From Harriotta raleighana (taxonomy: Eukaryota): 64,000 bases of DNA. Of the stretch, positions 49,101 to 56,312 are shown piece by piece. The position numbers and the translations under genes were made by a program. Location of the stretch: NCBI GenBank assembly GCA_050575255.1, contig JBNZDD010013672.1:3045475-3109474 (forward strand), given 5' to 3'. Position 1 is the first letter of the stretch, and each line of letters begins with the position of its first letter. The notes under the pieces were generated by a model, which was given only the letters and a program-made list of their open reading frames with translations, ran no database searches and was not told the DNA's origin.

Positions 49101-52100
49101 ACGTTTAGTGGTGAATTTCCGGACTGACGCTCGTTTCCGGGGCCTCTTTGTGATGTTGCATCCTGGTGAGTCTCTTTCCCAGCTTTGTCAAATGGTTCCT
49201 AGGTGAGCCTCACTTCAGGTAGAGACTAACACCAGCTGAACCTTTTCAGATAACATCGACAGATCAATCCTAGAGTCCTAGTAGTTTAGAGCACAGAAGG
49301 AGGTCATTCAGTCCATCAAATCTGAACCAACCCTCCGAGCAAGCTGTACTTTTAATTACACTGCCCTGCCCTAACCCCGAAACTCTGCAAGCCTCTACTT
49401 TTCATACACCTGCCAACTTCCCTCTTCAAATCCACTCTGAACTCTGCCTCTGCCACCTTACCTAGCAGTGTTCCATGTCCCACCAATGGCCTGCTCCTGC
49501 CTTAAATTATCCCTGTGGAGTGAAAATTGCATTGTATGAAAGTCAGTCATTAAAAAGACTTGTGGGTTGTAACCATTCCCCTCCATACCTCCCCCTCCCC
49601 CCGTCCTCTGCCCAAACTCTTATCGTATTTATCAGTCTCTGGAGTTCATAGCCAGTTAATAAGATATAGACTTGACTCCATTCCATTAACACCATGCAAA
49701 AGTTGGAAAGACTAATGGTGGCTTTTAACCCATTGACTACCACACAGTCAATGAGCAGCTACTTTGGTCCCAATTTGCACTCTTGTATCGAGTTCTACGT
49801 CGCCCGTCAGCGAAAAATGCCGGTGGCCATTGGCTTAAATTTGGACGCTCTAATAACACTCTGTGTCTTTCCCCAGCGTCGCAGCTCAGCTCCATGGTCA
49901 TGTCAGCTGACCATCCAGGCCTGACCTTTACCCTCAGCTTGGTGCGCAGTGAACACACCTACAACCATCCTGAGCAGCAATGGAGCTTCGTCTCGGATTT
50001 TGCTGTATGTTTGTTTTCCCCTCATAAGCAGCATCTATTCAGCCTCGTGCAAATATTTATCACTGGAAAATAATAATTCTCACATGTCAAATCGCGCTGG
50101 GAGGAGGAAGTCTCAAAGCACTTCACAAGATGTACTGCAGTGTGTAATGATGTAACGAGAGACTGTGCGGGTTGTGGATTTACACAGTATCTCGCCCCAA
50201 TTTATCTCTGCAACCTGAACCTGCTAATCCCTTCACTTAGCGAGCACCAGCCCGCTTCATGTCCTTCACCCTATTTGCCCCACGATTAGCAGGCGAGCTT
50301 TCTGCTGCTCTGCTCCCATTCCCTGGAATCCCACCTTGGAGTTCACTCCCTCCATTCTTTGCACTTTCAGTCTCCTTCTGCTACTCATTTACTTCAGCTC
50401 AGGTGACCAGCCAGTATTGTAAAGAAAGTCCTTTGAGGCATCCAGCCAAGGTGATAGCCATTATATAAATGTATATTGTATATATATGTGTGTGTAAATA
50501 TAATTGCTGTTCACAAGTGGCTGCCATGTTTTCGCCCCAAAGCTACACAGTCGATTCATATTACAATATATTCTGTGAAGTGCTTGAGACATCTCAATGA
50601 CATGATAAAGCACGACATCAAATGCAAGAATCATTAATAATAATATTCTTTGCATTTGATGTAGTGCTTTTCACATCTTCTAGACATCTCAAAGCACTTC
50701 ACAGAATATATTGTATAGTGAATTGACTGTATATTTGTCAGAAAATAATAATAATTATTATTATTGTACTGCTTTCATATACAGTGCTTTAATGCTGGCT
50801 TTTACGCTTTTCTTACAATAAAATCCATTTGTCCACTCTAGGTACGAGATTACTCGGGAACATACACTGTGAAGCTGATTCCCTGTACCTCTGCTCCCAG
50901 CCAGGAATACACTGTACCATCCATCTGTAATCCCAGAGAGCCCATAACCTTCGACCTCGACATCAGATTCCAACAGGTACAGAATCACTGAACAACTCAA
51001 AGTGAATTGGGACGTCCTCCTGACGTGAAAGGCGCTATATAAATATAATATATATATATAATTGCCCACTTTCCTCTCCATGCTCTTGTCTTTAGATACT
51101 TTGCTAGATTCATACTGGATTCTCTCCAGTGAGAGAGTTACAATACAATACCAAATTGTATTTGGATAGCGCTTTTCACAGTGACTATGCTCCTTGGAGA
51201 GATAAGTGAGATCGCCATAGGGCTGAATGGGTTCCGAAGGTGACATGCTTAGCAGTGGAATATCAGATTGCAATCAACTCTCTGTAGCGGTCTTGATAGT
51301 CTGATTCCTGAGTCATGTGGGTCTACAGTATTCAAGGGCACGGCTGACGACAGCTCAGCCAGCCTGGCTCAACAGCAGGATTTCAGGAGGCAGATTGTGA
51401 GCGAGGATTTTTCCCATTCATCTCTTGCTACCCTGCAAACCGAATCGCAAATGGATAGGCTGGTCCTCGCTGGACAAGCAGTGGGAAAGCATGTATGACA
51501 GTGCTTTCAAAGATTTACAAAGAATGTTTAGCATGGAAGCAGGCTCAGCTACTCAGTACCAGCGTTTATATTCCACAGATTCCACAGGAGTTGTCCCCCA
51601 TTTCTTTACTCCCTCCCCATACCCTTCTATTCCCTTCTCCCTCACATGAAGGTCGATCTTCCTTTTGAATGCTTCCATAGGACACTATTCAACCTTTGCA
51701 GTTTTTGCTAGTTTGACCCTAGCAGTGCCCCAATACACACTCTGAAGTCCCCAAGTCTTGGCTCTTGCCAAACTGTGCCTTTTACCCACCAAAATTAGAG
51801 AAGTAGGATGGTGCTGAGGCCAACACCTGGCTGTCCAAAAAAAAGAGACAAGTCTTTAGCATTGCTGCGTAGACTGTGAAATCATGTGGTCCTCCTCCTC
51901 CATCCTGCAGGTGAGTGATCCCGTAGCTGCCGAGTTCAGTCTCAACACTCAGATGTTCCTGCTGAACAAGAAGGCTCTGTGGCTGTCTGACGGCTCCATG
52001 GGATTTGGGGAAGGCAGTGATATCGCATTCATAGAAGGTACGTCAACATGACCGTGGACTCCGTCATTGATGTGAGTTATCATGGAGTCCCGTAGCTCAA

Positions 52101-55100
52101 TGGTTAGAGCACTCACCGCAGAAGCAAGAGACCCAGGTTCAATTCCCAGCAGGATGAAATGTTGGGCAAGTTCGCCCACAGAATATACAGATAAATCATT
52201 TCACAATATACAGTAAAACCTCGTTTATCCGGCACCCACGGGACCTGGCCAGTGGTGGTTAAACGGATTTCTGGTTAAGCAAGGTTTTTTTTAAAGAAAT
52301 TAAAAATATATTTTTTTTAATTTAAAAATTATTTTAACACATACTATATTAATAATAGACTAAATAATAACAGAATATTCTATTAGTACATTATTATTTA
52401 TACTTAACCGCAATCGCAGCACTGAATCGATGGAGGTAAAACAAAACGCAACTTTGAAAAGGAGCAGCAGTGAGTTTGGACCTGACTTGCGGCCAGCACA
52501 CACACACACACATAGACACAGACAAAGATAGACACAGACACACATCCTCAAAGATAATCAGTCTGAATCCATCAAATAAATTCTGTCCACAACACCCCCT
52601 CTCCCTTTCCTCTCCCTTCCCCTCTCTCTCTCTCTGCATCAACCTGCCTGCCATCACTCTCTCTCTCGCTCTCTTGCTCCATTATGCTTTCCCCCATCTC
52701 TCTCTCTCTCCCTCCCCCTCTCTCTCTTCATTTCCTCAATTTCTCCATTCCCACCCCCGGCTCCCTCCCTCCCTCTCTCTCTGGCCGCTACCTGCAGCAG
52801 TATTTATTTTGTGGACAGTACTTAACTTCGCAATGGCAGCCACTCATCCAAACAAGGTTAAAAAAAAAAGCGACTTTTAAAAGGAGCAGGAACGCATTTA
52901 GACCCAACATTAAACATGTCATCACTATTCGGATAACTTGCGGGTTAATCAAATCGGGACTTTTTTTTGAGATGGCGGTTGAACGGGTTTTCCGATTATT
53001 CGAGTCATGAATAAACAAGGTTTTACTGTATCCTGTGAAGCGCTTTGAGAAGTTTCAAAGACGCTATTAGGTGCTATATCATATCCAAGGATTATTATTA
53101 TAAACCAATGTCATGTCTACATGTTCAGGTGTTCTAGAAAAGAGAAAGGAATTTCTCTTGGTCTCCTCACCATTGATTCCACAGATTAAATTTGTTATTT
53201 ACTTTGAGGTTTATTTGTGAGATATTGCTGTTCACAAGTTGGCAGCTATATTTGCTTATGACAATATACAGTCACCACAATTGACAGTGTTTCCGATGAA
53301 GCACTTTAAGACGTCCTCTTAGCTTGAAAGCCATTCATGTTAAATGTAAGGAATGTAATTATCATTGGAATTAAACCTATTAAATCAGTAAAGCCAAAGA
53401 AATTAGTGTTACCGGAGGAGGCCATTCACCTTGTGTGCTGTGCTACAGTGTTGGAAGGATATACAGGCTCCACACACAATATCTGTGCTGGCTCTTTCAA
53501 AGAAAGTATCAGTGTCTTGTTAACCACACAGAAAATACTTTATTATCCATCTCGTAGAAGCCAAGTCATCAAACAAGTCAGTAAATGTCTAAGTGTCATG
53601 TTAGCTCAAACTCTTGCCTTTGTTCCAGATGGTTGTTCAAGACTTTGGCTCTTAGTCAAGACTGACACTTCAGAACTTTAAGGGGGGAGTGCCTTGTCTG
53701 AGATGGTTTTAGTTAATCCCACTTCCTGCCTCACGTTCCTAATTTAAATGCCATTTCCCCGCAGAATCCATTGTGTACGGTAGGGTGATGGTCGATCCCG
53801 TACAAAACTTGGGAGACTCTTTCATCTGTAACATCGAGAAAGTATTCCTGTGTACCGGAGCTGATGGCTACGTACCCAAGTATAACCCAGTCAATAATGA
53901 ATACGGATGCCTGGCCGACTCACATTCTCTCCTCTACCGGTTCAAGATCCTAGTAAGTCACTCACCTCCAGGTACAGTAAAAGAAACACTTGGGATTCCT
54001 CACAGAGGAATGAGCTGAATCTGAAACTCTCGTCACAGTAAAACTGTAGCAATAGCGATAAGCCATGGTAAAAGTTAAAAGCATAGATTCACAAGGATGT
54101 TACCAGAGATGTGGCGTTGTTGTTGCTAATAATAATCCTAACATTAGATACAGCACCTGTCACTTCGGAAGGAAGTCTCAAAAGTAATTTACAATGACCA
54201 AGTATTTTGCAGATTGAAGCTGTAAGATTATATAGGGTAACAATAGAGTCATTTATTATACATTATTTCCACCAGTCGATGAGTCAGCAACCTAAAGGCA
54301 TCAATTTAAGGTAATCGCATTAAAGGGGACGAGCCCTCCTTAATTCTGATCTAGTGTAGGAATTTCATCCTGATCTCCTGGTTCTGGAATATCACATTCT
54401 GGATTCAATTTAACCAAATGTTCATCCTTCACTGTGAACATATTCTCCTCACTCAGCCAAAGCCCTAATGGGTTGGATAGTCCTGGTTGAATAAGTAGTG
54501 GGAAGTTTGCCAGGTAGTGCTCTCAATGCAAGGTTTTATGGTTTTAATTGGTTAGACTCCAGCAATACCCCAACACACACTCTGGAGTCCCCAAGCCTTG
54601 GCTTTTAGTAAACTCGTGCCTAATATTCTCTGAAATTAGATAAGTAAGGAAGAGAGAGCAAATTCTATTCCAGACACAGAGAAATTTCCTTACGTCAGTG
54701 CCTTACATATGCAGAACCTCTCAGTCCAGTATGGATACTCTTAAGCATGATGATGGGTTGGCAATTGGAACAGATTGCCAGAAAGGGTAGTTGAGGCCAG
54801 GAAATTGGATTTAAAAGAGCAGTTTGATGCTGTGGTGGGAGCACGGTAGGATTGTGTTCTGGGGGGATGAGATTGAATGGGTTGCAGAGTGTTTCTTCAT
54901 TCAATCGAATCTTGTGATCCTTTGAATTGAAAGCACAGAATAAGCCTTGATGTCAGAGACAGGGCTGCTCATCAGTTAAATGTACCAATACATGATCAGA
55001 AAGAAATGCAGCCATCTCTTGTTTGGGCCAGTTCAAATCCAGTACGGTTTTGAGGGTGTGTGGATAATGCTTTGCTAACATGTGGTTCTTTTACTTGTTG

Positions 55101-56312
55101 ATTAGGACAAGGCTCAGCCTGAGACACAGGACCCACTGTTTGGCAACGTCCCCTTCAATGCCAAACTGGCGATAGATGATTTTGAAGCCCTCTCGCTAGC
55201 CAAACAGCCCGGCTCTGATGGTTTCCGGGTGGATTCCTCCCCCCTCTTCCAGGTATAAAATTACCGTTTCATTCACTCAACATGTAGTCATCAAGCAGAT
55301 AGGACAGTACCAACTGCAGCACAATATATTCAATGCTTGCATTAGATGCAGCCCCTTAGCACACAGCACTGTGCACAATGGGCCTGACACTCACAGTTTG
55401 CCAACTGTTTCATCCCACTTTCATCACAGTAGCTCCCATTATCAGCATGGATTGAATAGTTCACAAGATCTCACCTCCCCCACCCCCCAATACTTCACTG
55501 TAAATTACTTTGAATTGAACTGATTTATGTCAGCAAACGAGACAGCTAATCTGTACTAAGGATGCTTTGTAAACAGCACTCGGTTGTGCCAAAAAAATGT
55601 TTTAGTGAACACATTCAGTCAATCTAGGTTTCCTATTAAATCAGTCTTGATTCCCTTTTGTGTACATAACAATTCCCCATTATGATAGTTGAAACTTTCA
55701 ATGATTGAAAGATTCTGCTGTAAGACTGTCATTTGGTACATCGCTGTGGCTGCCCCACTTTTGAGGCTGTTTTCATTGCGAGCTCCCAAACTCCCACGTT
55801 CTCTTTCTAACCTGCAGGTCACTGCTGGTCGCGAGTGGTATATTCACACCATCTACACCTTGCGGTCGAGAGAAAGTGCTAACAGAGGCATTGGGAAGAG
55901 AAGCGTGGAGTATCATTCACTTTCTGACACCGGAGAGCTCAGCGCCTCACGTCACAAGCGAGCTGTTGAAGAGGCCCCCTTACTGACCGAGGACATCGGC
56001 GTGGAGAACAGCAGAGGGACCAACATCCAACACATTGCCTTGGACCGCAGCAACAGGAGGCAGGTTCAGGATAGGGAATACTTTCCCGAAGGATCTGTGG
56101 CCAAGTCTCCCAATGGCCGTGAGGAAGGAGACAGCAATATCCCGGTCATCGGAGGCATTGCTGCCCTGTTGCTCGCCATTTGCCTCATCATTATCATCCT
56201 CCTCTTGCTAAAACGCAAGAAGCAGTCCGAGAAGAAGGGAGACTACAAGAAATCTCCCAGCAAGGAAGTCATGACGGCACAAAGGTACCACAGTGACAGC
56301 TCCGAGGTCTGA
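7040..56312 (+). CDS. FREM2: Spliced 3' CDS (20 exons, 5'-partial) of FRAS1-related extracellular matrix protein 2 (FREM2-type, full length; a full-length FREM3 paralog is not excluded)
   Basis: Twenty GT-AG exons have compatible phases and give about 1285 aa in one frame. The peptides run colinear with vertebrate FREM2 as recalled: Calx-beta repeats, ACNPKY..., [12 protein letters not shown] helix, C-terminal DSSEV. The upstream exons were not found in the window. Confidence 0.9.
8470..8885 (-). mobile_element. CR1 LINE 3' fragment
   Basis: GAGTTCCACATTCTTACCACCCACTGCGTGAAGAAGTTCC and ATCAGGTTCCCACTCAATCATCTGAACTCCAGAGA are antisense CR1 ORF2-end motifs. Confidence 0.6.
8887..9206 (+). mobile_element. 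tRNA-derived SINE, full length
   Basis: GTGGAGTCCTGTAGCTC head through the (ATT)n tail. Confidence 0.88.
9335..9410 (-). mobile_element. Penelope-like element fragment
   Basis: CTGCAGATGCTGGAAATCTGAAA..AACAGAAATTGCTGGGAATACTCAGCAGGTCAGG, same family as 4151-4272. Confidence 0.6.
9692..9975 (+). mobile_element. tRNA-derived SINE
   Basis: TCCTATAGCTCAATG head, common body and tail. Confidence 0.8.
11158..11781. mobile_element. pogo/Tigger-like MITE, family A
   Basis: TIRs CAGTAAAAGCCCATTTATC / GATAAACAGGCTTTACTG with TA on both sides; inserted in the tail of a SINE starting about 11005. Confidence 0.8.
12150..12398 (+). CDS. FREM2: FREM2 exon 6-equivalent (Calx-beta 2, second half)
   Basis: ttgcag|GTACT...GACG|gtaag, 249 nt; [16 protein letters not shown]...[13 protein letters not shown]...LPDAND. 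Confidence 0.93.
13945..14312 (+). mobile_element. Old SINE with full Deu-like central domain
   Basis: tRNA-like GGTTGTGGGTTTGAG, then CTTCAGATGAG..TTAAAC, TCTGCCTGTTCAGGTG..TAAAGATTCCATGG, AAATTGGCTGCC. Confidence 0.65.
15590..15912 (+). mobile_element. Old SINE with Deu-like domain
   Basis: GTGGGTTCAAGCCC B-box-like head; CAGGTGAACGTTAAAGGTCCCATGACACTATTC Deu-like motif. Confidence 0.6.
16817..17440 (+). mobile_element. CpG-rich pogo/Tigger-like DNA transposon left end, right end not found
   Basis: Begins TA|CAGTTAACCCTCG with CG-rich subterminal repeats, like the other TA|CAG-start MITEs in this window. Confidence 0.5.
18085..18420 (-). mobile_element. L2-clade LINE 3' fragment
   Basis: (CAA)n tail, TTTCACATCGGGAGGACGTCCCAAG, then GGAGTTCCAGAG...GCTGAAAGCCC antisense ORF2 end. 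Confidence 0.65.
19505..19880 (-). mobile_element. tRNA-derived SINE, long variant
   Basis: Antisense tail, body, extra segment CGACTAACAATCAGGTTCCTAC, head GCTCTAACCACTAAGCTACAAGACTCCAC. Confidence 0.78.
20407..20742 (+). mobile_element. tRNA-derived SINE
   Basis: GTGGAGCCCTGTAGCTCAGTG head, GGTTCAATTCC B box, common body. Confidence 0.85.
24945..25247 (+). mobile_element. tRNA-derived SINE
   Basis: GTGGAGTCCTGTAGTTCAGTGGTTAGAG through the (ATT)n tail. Confidence 0.85.
25428..25688. mobile_element. Tigger-like MITE, family B
   Basis: TIRs CAGTCTGTCCTCACTTAACGTT / AACGTTAATCGAGAACTGATTG with TA on both sides; splits a minus-strand SINE. Confidence 0.75.
28358..28610 (+). mobile_element. 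tRNA-derived SINE, 5'-truncated
   Basis: GGCAGGTCAGGGCAAAACCTTGG through the tail. Confidence 0.8.
29565..29714 (+). CDS. FREM2: FREM2 exon 7-equivalent (Calx-beta 3, first half)
   Basis: cacag|AACCG...GAAG|gtaag, 150 nt; [33 protein letters not shown]. Confidence 0.93.
30045..30348 (+). mobile_element. tRNA-derived SINE, long variant
   Basis: GGTTCGGTTCCC B box and extra segment GCCTCTGTTTACCTAGCAGTAAGTTAGGAACC; ends about 30 nt before exon 8. Confidence 0.78.
30376..30585 (+). CDS. FREM2: FREM2 exon 8-equivalent (Calx-beta 3, second half)
   Basis: ttgcag|CTGGT...GACT|gtaag, 210 nt; [20 protein letters not shown]...[14 protein letters not shown]. Confidence 0.93.
31404..31601 (+). CDS. 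FREM2: FREM2 exon 9-equivalent (Calx-beta 4, first half)
   Basis: ctgaag|TACCT...CCAG|gtaac, 198 nt; [10 protein letters not shown]...[23 protein letters not shown]. Confidence 0.92.
31767..31828. repeat. 62-bp perfect inverted repeat (miniature mariner-like MITE or hairpin)
   Basis: 26-bp arms ACAGGGTGACCAAAAAGTCTCTCTCT / AGAGAGAGACTTTTTGGTCACCCTGT with a 10-nt loop. Confidence 0.85.
33227..33391 (+). CDS. FREM2: FREM2 exon 10-equivalent (Calx-beta 4, second half)
   Basis: ctccag|GTCAG...GACA|gtgagt, 165 nt; [31 protein letters not shown]. Confidence 0.92.
33535..33717 (+). CDS. FREM2: FREM2 exon 11-equivalent (Calx-beta 5, first half)
   Basis: ctacag|AGGCC...GAAG|gtacg, 183 nt; [18 protein letters not shown]...[21 protein letters not shown]. 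Confidence 0.92.
34594..34880 (-). mobile_element. tRNA-derived SINE
   Basis: (AAT)n tail through GCTCTAACCACTGAGCTACAGGACT. Confidence 0.85.
35593..35901 (-). mobile_element. tRNA-derived SINE
   Basis: Antisense tail through CACTGAGTTACAAGACTCCAC. Confidence 0.82.
36054..36184 (+). CDS. FREM2: FREM2 exon 12-equivalent (Calx-beta 5, second half)
   Basis: ttatag|AAATT...CCAG|gtaac, 131 nt; [29 protein letters not shown]. Confidence 0.92.
37255..37536 (+). mobile_element. tRNA-derived SINE, long variant, 5'-truncated
   Basis: TTGGGCAAGTTTTCTTATTCCACACGCCTCTGTTGACCTCGCAGTAAGTAGGAACC plus the common body. Confidence 0.78.
37556..37686. mobile_element. MITE family A, terminal fragment
   Basis: Matches 11628-11781 and ends GGGTGCCGGATAAACGGGCTTTCACTG|TA. 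Confidence 0.7.
37931..38089 (+). CDS. FREM2: FREM2 exon 13-equivalent
   Basis: tcctag|ATGAG...CACA|gtaagt, 159 nt; [23 protein letters not shown]...GYPVVCVT. Confidence 0.93.
38560..38874 (-). mobile_element. tRNA-derived SINE
   Basis: Near-consensus antisense copy, tail-to-tail with a + strand 3' fragment at about 38465-38560. Confidence 0.86.
39848..40151 (+). CDS. FREM2: FREM2 exon 14-equivalent
   Basis: acacag|GCCTG...GAAG|gtagg, 304 nt; [16 protein letters not shown]...[21 protein letters not shown]. Confidence 0.93.
40754..41053 (+). mobile_element. tRNA-derived SINE
   Basis: TGTAGCTCAGTGGTTAGAGCACTCGCCTTACAA through the (ATT)n tail. Confidence 0.87.
41130..41261 (+). CDS. FREM2: FREM2 exon 15-equivalent
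   Basis: attcag|GACTG...GATG|gtgggt, 132 nt; [25 protein letters not shown]...MPHIDG. Confidence 0.92.
41388..42160 (-). mobile_element. CR1 LINE 3' portion (ORF2 C-terminus)
   Basis: [47 protein letters not shown] and [17 protein letters not shown] on the minus strand. Confidence 0.85.
42835..43150 (-). mobile_element. tRNA-derived SINE, long variant
   Basis: Antisense tail and body plus CTTACTGCCAGGTAAACAGAGACGTGTGG. Confidence 0.72.
43155..43385 (-). mobile_element. Old SINE, Deu-like domain
   Basis: TTGTTGGCCAGGGCACT..GAATAGTATCGTGGAATCTTTAACATCCA..ACGTCTCGTCTGAAG is an antisense Deu-like core. Confidence 0.6.
43430..43478 (+). repeat. (TGAC/TGAA)n tetranucleotide microsatellite
   Basis: ctgactgactgaatgactgactaaatgaatgactgactgactgactaac directly upstream of exon 16. 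Confidence 0.85.
43497..43828 (+). CDS. FREM2: FREM2 exon 16-equivalent
   Basis: ctttag|GTATG...GCAG|gtagg, 332 nt; [33 protein letters not shown]...[10 protein letters not shown]. Confidence 0.93.
44686..45150 (-). mobile_element. L2-clade LINE 3' fragment
   Basis: ORF 44705-45076: [28 protein letters not shown]...[17 protein letters not shown]...[10 protein letters not shown]; same subfamily as 535-923. Confidence 0.82.
46411..46603 (+). CDS. FREM2: FREM2 exon 17-equivalent
   Basis: cttcag|GTTTT...CAGG|gtgagt, 193 nt; [24 protein letters not shown]...[11 protein letters not shown]. Confidence 0.93.
49061..49165 (+). CDS. FREM2: FREM2 exon 18-equivalent
   Basis: Perfect TACTAAC branch point at 49032-49038; ttgcag|GTGCC...CCTG|gtgag, 105 nt; [19 protein letters not shown]. 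Confidence 0.92.
49877..50004 (+). CDS. FREM2: FREM2 exon 19-equivalent
   Basis: ccccag|CGTCG...TGCT|gtatgt, 128 nt; [18 protein letters not shown]...[10 protein letters not shown]. Confidence 0.92.
50842..50976 (+). CDS. FREM2: FREM2 exon 20-equivalent
   Basis: ctctag|GTACG...ACAG|gtaca, 135 nt; [16 protein letters not shown]...FDLDIRFQQ (read by hand, not in the ORF track). Confidence 0.92.
51911..52037 (+). CDS. FREM2: FREM2 exon 21-equivalent
   Basis: ctgcag|GTGAG...GAAG|gtacg, 127 nt; [33 protein letters not shown]. Confidence 0.92.
52083..53100 (+). mobile_element. tRNA-derived SINE split by a MITE
   Basis: Head and body at 52083-52210; the 3' part resumes at 53029 with TATCCTGTGAAGCGCTTTGAG. 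Confidence 0.78.
52211..53028. mobile_element. pogo/Tigger-like MITE, family A, longer copy with internal (CA)n/(CT)n
   Basis: TIRs CAGTAAAACCTCGTTTAT / ATAAACAAGGTTTTACTG with TA TSD; homologous to 11158-11781 in the opposite orientation. Confidence 0.82.
53765..53952 (+). CDS. FREM2: FREM2 exon 22-equivalent
   Basis: ccgcag|AATCC...CCTA|gtaagt, 188 nt; [39 protein letters not shown]. Confidence 0.93.
55106..55252 (+). CDS. FREM2: FREM2 exon 23-equivalent
   Basis: gattag|GACAA...CCAG|gtata, 147 nt; [22 protein letters not shown]...[15 protein letters not shown]. Confidence 0.92.
55818..56312 (+). CDS. FREM2: FREM2 last coding exon (furin-type sites, TM helix, PDZ-binding tail)
   Basis: ctgcag|GTCACT...TGA. 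Encodes [16 protein letters not shown] and RHKR basic sites, hydrophobic [24 protein letters not shown] followed by KRKK, and ends DSSEV*. Confidence 0.94.
   Translation, partial: VTAGREWYIHTIYTLRSRESANRGIGKRSVEYHSLSDTGELSASRHKRAVEEAPLLTEDIGVENSRGTNIQHIALDRSNRRQVQDREYFPEGSVAKSPNGREEGDSNIPVIGGIAALLLAICLIIIILLLLKRKKQSEKKGDYKKSPSKEVMTAQRYHSDSSEV

Noticed and set aside
50761-51273. 170-aa minus-strand ORF and the many other 60-140 aa ORFs
   Set aside because: They are antisense to exons or run through SINE, LINE or low-complexity sequence. They show no recognisable domains and no consistent exon structure.
55689-55817. N-terminal part of the 207-aa ORF as a stand-alone gene
   Set aside because: Similarity to FREM2 starts at the acceptor at 55818; the upstream codons are intronic read-through.
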